Assembly: GCA_963666985.2 (NCBI GenBank) | Contig: CAXXIA010000002.1 | Span: 1,376,001-1,440,000, forward strand | Reading direction: 5' to 3' | Source of the DNA: Spirochaetia bacterium | GTDB lineage: Bacteria; Spirochaetota; Spirochaetia; DSM-2461 | Length of the DNA: 64,000 bases | In this document: piece by piece, positions 39,718 through 48,458 of the stretch | Numbering within the stretch: the stretch's first letter is position 1 | Layout: every line of letters starts with the position of its first letter | Position numbers and translations under genes: made by a program | Notes under the pieces: generated by a model | What the model saw: only the letters and a program-made list of their open reading frames with translations | Told to the model about the DNA's origin: nothing | Databases searched by the model: none

Positions 39718-40776
39718 TCAGTTTCTAAAGTCCTCAAGCATACCGGTGAAATCTTCATATATATCGGTGGGAACCGATCGGCCGTCGCCGACCATCAATT
39801 CATGCCCGCTCTGCATCACGGACATCCATTGTTTGGCCTGCTCGTCGGTTATCGCAACATGATGAAGACCGTGTTTCTCCATTACCGCGAGAGCTTCTTC
39901 ATTCAGCCGAATCGATTCGGCATAGAACGCCGAAGCCATGCGCTTCATCGCCGCCTTCAATTCCTCATGATACTCTTCGGGAATTCGATTCCAGGCACGC
40001 TCGGTAAGAACCAAACCGCCGATAACCGGTGACAGGCGAAAATCGGTCATGTAAGGAGCAAAGGCGAACCATTGGTATGCTCCCGCGCCCACCGGCGGAG
40101 CATAGAACGTATCGGCCAGACCGCTCTGCAGAGATACGGTTATCTCATTAATGCCTACCGGAACGACATTGAATCCCAGGGACTTGAACACAATGGACAT
40201 CTCGGTATCCGTATTGTCCACAAAAATCTTATGCCGCTTCAAATCGCCGGGGCTATAAATCGGTTCCGGCCCGTAGATATAGGCCCAGCCGGTCTTGGAC
40301 CACGCGCCGATCTCAAATCCTTCCTCGTGAAACCGTTCATCGAAACGGCCCATGAAATTCTCCAGCACATAGTCAAGCTCCTCTTCGCTGCGAAGAAGTC
40401 CCGGCAGGGTGAAAACAAAAGTTTCGGGCACGATGGCTTTTAATCCGAATGCGGAAAACACCCCGGCATCCAGCTGACCGAAACGCATTTTGCGAACCAT
40501 GTCGGCTTCGTTTCCGGCAATGGCTCCGGGGTAAATTTGCAGCTTCACCCGTCCTCCGGTTATCTCACGCCAATCATTGGCCATGCGCAAAAGGGCGTTA
40601 TGCCATTCGGTTCCTTCCGGAAGCGGGCTGGCGAGTTTAATCGTCTGAGCCGAGAGAACGGACGCCGAAAAGGAAAAAACAAGCATTAAGAAAATAGCTT
40701 TGACAATACGGGAACATCTGCCGTGCGGGAATCGTTTGCCGAATGGGAAGCCAAAATGCTTCATGAATACCATCAC
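39718..40776 (-). CDS. dctP: TRAP substrate-binding protein DctP (TatP-type), paralog 2
   Basis: IKLASPLPEGTEW, YPGAIAGNE.DMVRKMRFGQLD. Exact start uncertain. Confidence 0.88.
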   Translation of the reverse strand: MMVFMKHFGFPFGKRFPHGRCSRIVKAIFLMLVFSFSASVLSAQTIKLASPLPEGTEWHNALLRMANDWREITGGRVKLQIYPGAIAGNEADMVRKMRFGQLDAGVFSAFGLKAIVPETFVFTLPGLLRSEEELDYVLENFMGRFDERFHEEGFEIGAWSKTGWAYIYGPEPIYSPGDLKRHKIFVDNTDTEMSIVFKSLGFNVVPVGINEITVSLQSGLADTFYAPPVGAGAYQWFAFAPYMTDFRLSPVIGGLVLTERAWNRIPEEYHEELKAAMKRMASAFYAESIRLNEEALAVMEKHGLHHVAITDEQAKQWMSVMQSGHELMVGDGRSVPTDIYEDFTGMLEDFRN

Positions 40777-40816
40777 CTCGATCAGGATCGATTTCGATCC
40801 CTTTTTTACCGATACC

Positions 40817-41809
40817 TTATCGCAAACCGTTCACATGAAACATGAAATCTTCATAAACGTCGTCGTCAATCCACTTGCCGTCGCCGACAACAAGACTGTA
40901 TCCGCCGGTCAGAGTGTCGAACCATTCCTTCTTTTGAGCTTCCGTAAGAGACTCCCGATGCAGACCGTTCCGGTTCATTACATCCAGGGCTTCCTGATTC
41001 AACCGTTCGGATTCGAGATAAAAATCCCGTGCCACATCTTCTATGGCGGCTTTCAGTTCCGCGTGAAAGTTCTCCGGAATGCGCTGCCAGGTTCTTTCGC
41101 TGATAACGAATCCTCCGAGAACCGGAGCCAGAGGCAAATCAATCATATACGGAGCCTGAGAGAACCACTGATAAGACGCGGCCGCCATCGGAGGCGCGTA
41201 GAACGCGCTCACCATTCCGCTTTGAAGCGAAACCATCAATTCATTCATGGACGTGGGAACGACATTGAAGCGCAACGCCTTGAAATTCGCGGCCAACTCT
41301 TCGTCGGTGCTGGTTACCGCCAGTTTTTCAGTCCTCATCTGATCCGTCGTAACCGAAGGCTTCTTGGCGTAAAAATAGGCCCAGCCGCTCTTGGACCACG
41401 TCAGTACGCGAAATCCCTCGCGAACGAAATCATCATCGAAGAGAGGCGCGAAATCGGCAAGAACACGATCAAGCTCCTCTTCGGACTGAAGAATACCGGG
41501 AAGAGTCATCACGAACGTATTGGGGACAATCGTCTTCAAACCGAAGGTGGTCAGCACCGCCGCGTCAAGCTGACCGAAACGCATCTTCCGAATCATATCC
41601 CTATCGTCTCCGGCAACGCCGCCGGGATAGATTCGCATCCGCACCTGCCCGCCGGAAATGTTTTTCCACTCGGCGGCCATGCGCTTCAGCGTGGTATCCC
41701 AGGCGGAACCTTCGGGAAAAGGACTTCCAAGCTTTATGGTAAGGGCCGAAAGAGGCGCGGCAAACGCGATAGTAAAAACAAGAAGCAGAAATCCGACTTT
41801 CTTCATCAT
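40817..41809 (-). CDS. dctP: TRAP substrate-binding protein DctP (TatP-type), paralog 1
   Basis: IKLGSPFPEGSAW, YPGGVAGDD.DMIRKMRFGQLD; signal peptide. Confidence 0.9.
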   Translation of the reverse strand: MMKKVGFLLLVFTIAFAAPLSALTIKLGSPFPEGSAWDTTLKRMAAEWKNISGGQVRMRIYPGGVAGDDRDMIRKMRFGQLDAAVLTTFGLKTIVPNTFVMTLPGILQSEEELDRVLADFAPLFDDDFVREGFRVLTWSKSGWAYFYAKKPSVTTDQMRTEKLAVTSTDEELAANFKALRFNVVPTSMNELMVSLQSGMVSAFYAPPMAAASYQWFSQAPYMIDLPLAPVLGGFVISERTWQRIPENFHAELKAAIEDVARDFYLESERLNQEALDVMNRNGLHRESLTEAQKKEWFDTLTGGYSLVVGDGKWIDDDVYEDFMFHVNGLR

Positions 41810-41819
41810 GATCCTTATC

Positions 41820-42818
41820 CTAGAAATCAACAAGAAAAAATTCTTCGATATGGTCGAGAAGCCATTGAGCTTTATCCTGGTAAATCAGGGTCATCAATCT
41901 GGTATCGGGATTTTCTTCCGGATCTATCGCCAGGGCCGCATTCAAATACGTCCGAAAACTCTCGACATCCTGTTCTTTAACAGAGACGGCACTCGCCATG
42001 GTGATATACGGCGAGGGCTCCAGTCCGTTCGAAAGAGAAACGGCGCGCTCAAAATGGAAAACGGCTCGGTCCCGAGGATTCGTTCCGATACCCGCGCTTT
42101 CATAATACCCGTCCATGTAATTTGCGGTCAGAGGACTTCGCTCCCGCATCGTCGCCAAAACGGAGGAAGGAAGCGACACCTGAAGCTGAATCATCATGTC
42201 GTGGATCCCGGCCGGCGAATCATCAAGCTCCATCGACCGATACATCAGCAGCGCCGCCTTATCCACAGTCGTGAGCACTTCAACATCCAGCGGATCCGTG
42301 CTGGCCATGCCGAGCCAGGCCAGTCCGGCCCAATAGGCGGCATCCGCATCCTCCGTCTCCAGCATGGCGGCGGCCGTATCGTAATCGCCCGAATCCAAGG
42401 AGGCAAGAAATCCTTCATGCCGAAGATCCAGAGCCGAAAGCAGGTAATCCCGCCCTCTTCGGAAGAGTTTTTTCGCCCTGGAACGGGCCTCGGCCGCCTC
42501 TTCCCACATCTCATCGTCCATCATGTCCGCGGGAAGCAGAATAAAACCGCCGGAATACATCGCGAAATTCTTTCCGGTGGCCGCGGCCAATTCGTCGTTC
42601 TTCGGATCCTGAGCGAGCAGAATCTCATAAATCTTCAACGCCAGCGGCAGGGCATCGGCGATCAGCTGAGGATCGTCATCGGAGGTGATGGCCCCGGCTC
42701 CATCCGGCGAAGAGAGCATGTCGGCCACCGAGCGGATGGCTTTCTTCTCCAGCGTACGGCAGGAAACCAGGAGAAGAGAGCCGAGGAGTAACAGGATAAA
42801 CCAGCGTCCTTTGTTCAT
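41820..42818 (-). CDS. tatT: TatT-like TPR lipoprotein of a TPAT (TRAP-T) transporter
   Basis: Lipobox LLVSC; SDDDPQLIADALP..LK.YE.LL, RAKKLF.RG, FERAV.LS; directly upstream of the dctP genes. Confidence 0.82.
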   Translation of the reverse strand: MNKGRWFILLLLGSLLLVSCRTLEKKAIRSVADMLSSPDGAGAITSDDDPQLIADALPLALKIYEILLAQDPKNDELAAATGKNFAMYSGGFILLPADMMDDEMWEEAAEARSRAKKLFRRGRDYLLSALDLRHEGFLASLDSGDYDTAAAMLETEDADAAYWAGLAWLGMASTDPLDVEVLTTVDKAALLMYRSMELDDSPAGIHDMMIQLQVSLPSSVLATMRERSPLTANYMDGYYESAGIGTNPRDRAVFHFERAVSLSNGLEPSPYITMASAVSVKEQDVESFRTYLNAALAIDPEENPDTRLMTLIYQDKAQWLLDHIEEFFLVDF

Positions 42819-42828
42819 ACGTTCATTA

Positions 42829-43881
42829 TCAGATTTCCGGCCTCCAGGCACAACCCGAGACACAAGTTTCGGAAGCAAAATCTCCGGCTATTCGCCGATA
42901 AGCCGTCGGCATGGGTATTCCTTCCAGTTCGTCTGCGCCAATCCATGTACCCGAATAATCCGCCGCCCGAATACAAGCGTCTCCGGAAGCTCTAAAAACC
43001 CGGGGCAGCAGGGTCTCACGGTACCGGGTATAGGAATGAACGCGGGAAGGAAGTTCCTCTCCGGGAATCCACTGTTCCAGGCCTTCGATTTCATCTTCAG
43101 GCGGAAAAAACCACAAACCGCGGCCGATACCTTCGCTTCTTCGGCGCATCAGCACCCGCCCGCCGCTATAGAGCAGAGCCAGCTTCGTAATCATCCTAAC
43201 CGATTGGGCTTTCCGCCGGGCCGGGATTTCGTTTTGAAGGTTCTCCGAGCGGGCACGGCAGATTTCGCCCAAAGGACAGCGGGAGCAGTCGGGAGAACTC
43301 GGCGTGCAGACTTGCTGCCCGAGCTGCATAATCGCGGCATTCAGATCGCCGGGCCGCAGGGAAGGCATCAAGGTCTCCACATCGTTCCTGAAACGCGCAT
43401 CCAAGGCCGAATCCCAAGTGACTTGGGCCGCCAGTCTTTGCGCTATGCGGCGGCCGTTGGCGTCCACCGCCGCCCGTCTTTCGCCGAAACAAAAAGACGC
43501 TATCGCCGCGGCGGTGTAATCACCCACGCCCGGCAGCGCCTTCAGTCCGGAGAAGTTCTCGGGGATGCTCCCGCCGTGAGAATCCCGAACAACCCGGGCC
43601 GCGGCCGCGAGATTTCGGGCACGGCTGTAATATCCCAGCCCTTCCCATTCCCTCAAAACCTCCCGCTCGTCCGCTTGCGCCAAATCCTCGGGGCCGGGGA
43701 ACCGGTCCATCCAGCGGATATATCGGGGCTCCGCCGCGCTCACCGTGGTCTGCTGCAGCATTACCTCCGAAACCCAAACGGCCCAGGGATCGGCGGTCCG
43801 AGACCAGGGATAATCAATGCCGTATTCCGCGAACCAATCCAATAACGCACGGACGGATGCCTCATCAAGAAGAGAGTTCAA
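42829..43881 (-). CDS. mutY: A/G-specific adenine glycosylase
   Basis: WVSEVMLQQT, WEGLGYYSRARNL, LPGVGDYTA, VDAN, C-x6-CxxC-x5-C Fe-S motif. TTG start overlapping the rluA stop is assumed. Confidence 0.92.
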   Translation of the reverse strand: MNSLLDEASVRALLDWFAEYGIDYPWSRTADPWAVWVSEVMLQQTTVSAAEPRYIRWMDRFPGPEDLAQADEREVLREWEGLGYYSRARNLAAAARVVRDSHGGSIPENFSGLKALPGVGDYTAAAIASFCFGERRAAVDANGRRIAQRLAAQVTWDSALDARFRNDVETLMPSLRPGDLNAAIMQLGQQVCTPSSPDCSRCPLGEICRARSENLQNEIPARRKAQSVRMITKLALLYSGGRVLMRRRSEGIGRGLWFFPPEDEIEGLEQWIPGEELPSRVHSYTRYRETLLPRVFRASGDACIRAADYSGTWIGADELEGIPMPTAYRRIAGDFASETCVSGCAWRPEI

Positions 43882-44582
43882 CGCGTCTCTCCGTCCGTAT
43901 CCGGCAAATCCCGAAAAACATCCCAAACCGGATCGGAAGGCGGCGATGCGGTCAAAACCAGCGGTTCCTTGCGGACCGGATGATCAATAACGAGCCTCCG
44001 GGCGTGAAGATGAATGCCGCCGCCGGGGTTCGAACGCCTGGCGCCGTATTTCAAATCGCCCTTAATGGGACAGCCCATCCAGGAAAGCTGCGCGCGGATT
44101 TGATGATGGCGGCCGGTCAGAAGCTCCACTTCCAGCAGCCAATATCTGTCGGAAGCACCGAGATACCGGTAACGAAGACGGGCTTCCTTGGCGCCGGGAC
44201 TTCCGGGCTTGGCCCGGCGCGCGGTATTCGTCTTTCCGTCCTTGCGGAGCCAGTCTGTTAACTCACCGGCATCCGATGAAGGACGATTTTCCACAACGGC
44301 CCAATAAATCTTGGAAACCCGCCGGTCGCGGAAGGCCGCGGCCATCCGGGTAAGGGCCTTGGAGGTTTTGGCCAGCGCAAGAACACCGCTTGTCGGCCGA
44401 TCCAGGCGGTGGGGCAGTCCCAGAAAGATATTTCCCGGTTTGGAATCGCGTTCCTTGATATAGGCCTTTACCTCATCAAGCATGCACTCATCGCCGGTTC
44501 TGTCCCCCTGCGCCAGCATGCCGGGCGGCTTGTTCACGGCCAGAACGTGATTGTCTTCATAAATTATCTCAAAGGATGCCAT
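43878..44582 (-). CDS. RluA family pseudouridine synthase
   Basis: VNKPPG, HRLDRPTSG, TGRHHQIRAQ, PIKGDLKYG, LHA. Confidence 0.93.
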   Translation of the reverse strand: MASFEIIYEDNHVLAVNKPPGMLAQGDRTGDECMLDEVKAYIKERDSKPGNIFLGLPHRLDRPTSGVLALAKTSKALTRMAAAFRDRRVSKIYWAVVENRPSSDAGELTDWLRKDGKTNTARRAKPGSPGAKEARLRYRYLGASDRYWLLEVELLTGRHHQIRAQLSWMGCPIKGDLKYGARRSNPGGGIHLHARRLVIDHPVRKEPLVLTASPPSDPVWDVFRDLPDTDGETR

Positions 44583-44607
44583 AGGGAATATCCAGTGTAC
44601 GGAATGA

Positions 44608-46563
44608 TCAGTGATGACGCCAGAGGTCAATCAAAAGAACAACGGCGACAACTCCGGAAATGAGGAATCCGAGGACACCGATAACCGGAACACTGTAGAA
44701 CAGCGGAGGGATGCCCGATAGAACCAGAAGGGACGACCCCATAATCATCGCAGCAAGCAGAACCGCCGCCGCCAGCCGCGTCACCGTCCTTTTCACGGTC
44801 GAATCCAGTTTGTCCATATCCTTCAATGCGAATTCCACGCGGAATTTGCCGGATTTAAGGAGGCTCGTCATATCCTGCATCTCCCCCGGCAGATCCCTGA
44901 GAAACCTCACCGTATCGGAGGCGGCTCCGGCCGCCTGCTCGGCGATTCTGCCGGGACCGAGTTCCTTCCGAATCATTCGCTTCACGAAAGGCCGGGACGC
45001 ATGAAGAAAATCAAAATCCGGATTCAGAGTACAGGCAATATCTTCAATCGTAGCCAGAGCCTTCGCCAGAAGATAAAAATTCGTCGGGATTTCAATGTTG
45101 TACCGGCGGACCATATCGAAGAACGCGGCGATCATCTCCCCGATTTCCAGCCTGCCGAAAGGCCGGGAGAGATATCGTTCGATAATCATTTCAATATCGG
45201 AAGTCAGATGACGGACCGCATCCGGATCCCGCCGGCCGGACAAATTCTGAATGGCCCTGACCGCCCTGGGAGCATCGTTTCTGATGAGAGCCGAGAGGAG
45301 ATCGACCAGAAACAGACGCTGGCTGGGCAGGATGCTCCCGGCCTGACCGAAATCAAGAAAGGCGATAACACCTCCCTCCAAAACGAATATATTGCCTCCG
45401 TGGGGATCGGCATGAAAAAACCTGTGTTCGAAAATCTGCCGCAGTACGGCTTCGGCGCCGCGGCGTGCCAGCGCTTCGCAATCCACACCGGCCTTATCCA
45501 GCAGTTCTTCATCGCCGACGGGGATTCCGTCAAGCCATTCCATCGTCAGGATGCGCCGGCTCGAAAATTTTCGAAAGGGCTTCGGCGCCGTCACTTCGTC
45601 ATCATCGGCGAAATTCCGCCGAAAGGTTTCCAGATTGTCCGCTTCGTTCCGGAAATCAAGCTCGTAAAGCAGAGCCCGTTCCAGTTCGCGGACCGATTCG
45701 ACGGGATGGAATACCGCTAATGAGGGATTTCGTTTCTCGGCGATCCGGGCCATGTCCCGCAGAATGGCAAGATCGGCTTCGATGATTCGGCGGATGCCCG
45801 GCCGCTGAATTTTAACGGCAACCTGCGCACCCGGAACGGATTCTTGCCGGGAAGCGCTTGCCGCGTTCCGTTCATCGGGTTCCGCCGGGCCGGTCTTCGC
45901 CGTTTCATTCTCCGCGTTATTCGCACCGTCCGATGCGGTATCGCCCGATGCGGCCCCGCCGTTCCGCGTTACTTCACAGTCCGGATCGCTCTTCAGCCGC
46001 GCCCGGTAAACCTGGGCAATCGACGCCGAGGCCACGGGAACGGGATCGAAAAACTCGAAGATCTCTTCGGGAGGGGCGCCGAGATCTTTTTCAACGATCC
46101 GGCGGATACCTTCCGGACCGGCGGGAGGAACCTGATGCCGAAGCTTTCCGAATTCGACAATCCAGTCCCGAGGCAGAATGTCCGGCCTGTGGCTTAAGAG
46201 CTGTCCGCCCTTAATGAAGGTCGGTCCCAGTTCCTCCAGGGCCCGCCTCATCCTCTCCGGACGGCTCCAGGTTCGCCGGGCCCGGCGGGAGTCCCTGCCG
46301 GTGCCTCGAAGACGTCTGTAAACGCCGTGGTCAACTTTCCGAACCAAATCGCCGAATCCGTAACGAAGCAGGATGGAAAGAATCTCCGTGTATCGGGTCA
46401 TCCGGGTTAAGGCTTTTCCGATGAATCCCCTGCTTGTATAGCCGCCGAAGGAATTGTAATGCCGCTTGCGAAACGTACCCGATTCCGCCGAGGCCTCCGC
46501 GGAGGTCCATTCCGATTGATCGCCGAGGGGCGGCCGCGGTCCGTGGGAAGATTCGGATCTCAA
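44608..46563 (-). CDS. AarF/UbiB (ABC1) family atypical kinase
   Basis: LGPTFIKGGQ, ASASIAQVY, VAVKIQRPG, FFHADPHGGN, LDFG; C-terminal TM helices. Confidence 0.92.
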   Translation of the reverse strand: MRSESSHGPRPPLGDQSEWTSAEASAESGTFRKRHYNSFGGYTSRGFIGKALTRMTRYTEILSILLRYGFGDLVRKVDHGVYRRLRGTGRDSRRARRTWSRPERMRRALEELGPTFIKGGQLLSHRPDILPRDWIVEFGKLRHQVPPAGPEGIRRIVEKDLGAPPEEIFEFFDPVPVASASIAQVYRARLKSDPDCEVTRNGGAASGDTASDGANNAENETAKTGPAEPDERNAASASRQESVPGAQVAVKIQRPGIRRIIEADLAILRDMARIAEKRNPSLAVFHPVESVRELERALLYELDFRNEADNLETFRRNFADDDEVTAPKPFRKFSSRRILTMEWLDGIPVGDEELLDKAGVDCEALARRGAEAVLRQIFEHRFFHADPHGGNIFVLEGGVIAFLDFGQAGSILPSQRLFLVDLLSALIRNDAPRAVRAIQNLSGRRDPDAVRHLTSDIEMIIERYLSRPFGRLEIGEMIAAFFDMVRRYNIEIPTNFYLLAKALATIEDIACTLNPDFDFLHASRPFVKRMIRKELGPGRIAEQAAGAASDTVRFLRDLPGEMQDMTSLLKSGKFRVEFALKDMDKLDSTVKRTVTRLAAAVLLAAMIMGSSLLVLSGIPPLFYSVPVIGVLGFLISGVVAVVLLIDLWRHH

Positions 46564-47027
46564 CCGGCGCCGCCTGTTCGGGATTCGGTGTTTTTCGAAG
46601 CATCTTCGCCGGGCGTATTACCAACGTCCGCCGGCCGGCCGCCGGCTTCCCGCTCCGAGCCGGATACGTTACCCAATCCGGCATTCCCGGAATCCGCCGA
46701 ATTAAGTCCTTCGGAATCACCTGTCGAAACACTTGCCGCCGCTTCCAGCTCCCTGATTCGCTTTTCCAAACGCTCCAATTCGCCGCGGGTCGCAAGATTC
46801 ATTCGCGATAAAGTTTTTTCAACCGCTTTATGGACCACCTCGTCGAGATTGCGCCTGGCGCTCTCGGCGTTGTTCTTAAGCTGCTCGGCCAAATGCCGCC
46901 CTTCGTTCTCGGTAAGTCCCCGCTCTTTCTTCAACGTATCAACGGCCTCATCCAGCTTTTCCTTGGTTAAAGCGGCGAGTCCAAGTCCCGTATATGCAGC
47001 CTGTTCAATGGCATCCCAAATTGACAT
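46560..47027 (-). CDS. Phasin/PhaF-like coiled-coil protein with low-complexity tail
   Basis: YTGLGLAALTKEK, GLTENEG, LATRGELERLEKRI; AAGGAGG RBS; coupled to ubiB. Confidence 0.8.
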   Translation of the reverse strand: MSIWDAIEQAAYTGLGLAALTKEKLDEAVDTLKKERGLTENEGRHLAEQLKNNAESARRNLDEVVHKAVEKTLSRMNLATRGELERLEKRIRELEAAASVSTGDSEGLNSADSGNAGLGNVSGSEREAGGRPADVGNTPGEDASKNTESRTGGAG

Positions 47028-47450
47028 ATCGATCCTCCTTCCACAGCCGAACTACGATTCAACACCGTCGAATCTCAAGCGCAAGCGGATGAACCGCAAA
47101 GCGGTTATGCATGATTGCCCTCTTGTACGGAGATGCTGCATCCATAGCTCGCGGATTCGCTCCGTACAAACCTCCGACCGGTGTCCTGCTCCGCTTCCGG
47201 ACAAATCTTTGCACTACCGCCGTTCGCGAACCGGACATACTTATAATAATCCCGTCCGTTAACGATAGGAAGGTTTTCCGAATGTCGGCCGCGGAGAAGT
47301 CTTCCGATTGCCATAATTTCACCGTTCCGTTGTCCGTTTTCAGCGGCCGACTCCGCCGATCGTTCGTATAAAAGCCGGATTTTCACCGAGCCGCGATCCT
47401 CCGCGGGCCGCGCCTCTTAATGTAATCGAAAATGCTGTACAATCTTAAGC

Positions 47451-47711
47451 GTGAACAATCAGGAACCGCCGGAATCACGACTGGACCGACTGGAATCGAT
47501 GCTGACGAAAAGAGAGCGCCGGGGAAACCGTCTCTGCTGGATACGGCCCAATCCCGATTCAACCTACGGGTATGAAATCGATGATGCCCGGGAAGACGTC
47601 CGGTGGATGGTGTTCGAACTCCGCAGACTTCAGGCGGAAAATACCGAGCTTCACGAATTCGTCGACAACTTCCGAAAAATAGTCGAATCGGAACTCGGCC
47701 CCGAGGAATAA
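47451..47711 (+). CDS. Hypothetical protein (86 aa)
   Basis: Charged, coiled-coil-like C-terminus; TACAAT 7 nt upstream of GTG; fills the gap between flanking genes. Confidence 0.6.
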   Translation: MNNQEPPESRLDRLESMLTKRERRGNRLCWIRPNPDSTYGYEIDDAREDVRWMVFELRRLQAENTELHEFVDNFRKIVESELGPEE

Positions 47712-47793
47712 ATTTACGGTATAGCCGAAGCCTTCATGCCGGTTTTTTGCATCCGCAGCATCATAAAGCGGAAGCCGGACAATGCCGTCGGGA

Positions 47794-48282
47794 TTATGCC
47801 CCGCAGCACTTCTTGTATTTTTTCCCGCTCCCGCAGGGACAGGGATCGTTGCGTCCGATTTTAGGATTATCCCTCTTTTGAGGGTTGTTGATCATCTTCG
47901 CGTCTTTGAAGTACCAGCAGCCGTCGGCCTTCTCGAAGGAACTGAGTTCATGATGGGTTACAATCGCCCGGTCCGCGCCGCGGTATTTCGCCGAAAACTC
48001 GACGGTACCCTTGTCGTCGGACTCGCCTCCGCCGACGAGATTGAGAATCTCAAGACCCATCCATTCGGATTCCTTGGCCCATTTCTCCGTGGCGTCTCTG
48101 GAGATCTCCTCACGTCCGTCGGGATGATGGGTTTCAAGGATGTAGTCCACCGCACCTTTTACATAGGCTGTGTAGCGGGATCGCATCAGGGCTTCCGCCG
48201 TCGGGGCTGAAACGCCGCCTTCGATGTAGGGCTTACAGCATTTGGAATAGGCGGAACCGCTTCCGCAAGGGCAACCGGCCAT
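47794..48282 (-). CDS. ychJ: YchJ family protein with SEC-C motifs
   Basis: [45 protein letters not shown]. Confidence 0.92.
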   Translation of the reverse strand: MAGCPCGSGSAYSKCCKPYIEGGVSAPTAEALMRSRYTAYVKGAVDYILETHHPDGREEISRDATEKWAKESEWMGLEILNLVGGGESDDKGTVEFSAKYRGADRAIVTHHELSSFEKADGCWYFKDAKMINNPQKRDNPKIGRNDPCPCGSGKKYKKCCGA

Positions 48283-48458
48283 GGAAACCTCCTCCGGGAT
48301 AACCGCGCCGATATTCCCGTTCCGGCGGCCCCGGTTCATTCGGGCCAAAGAATATCGCCTTCCCGGAAACGGGGCAAGGGAGGAGTGAAAAACGGATGAT
48401 TCGGATAATTCGCCGACATCGCATCTGCCGGCAATCCCGAAATCACCGGCGGAATGAA

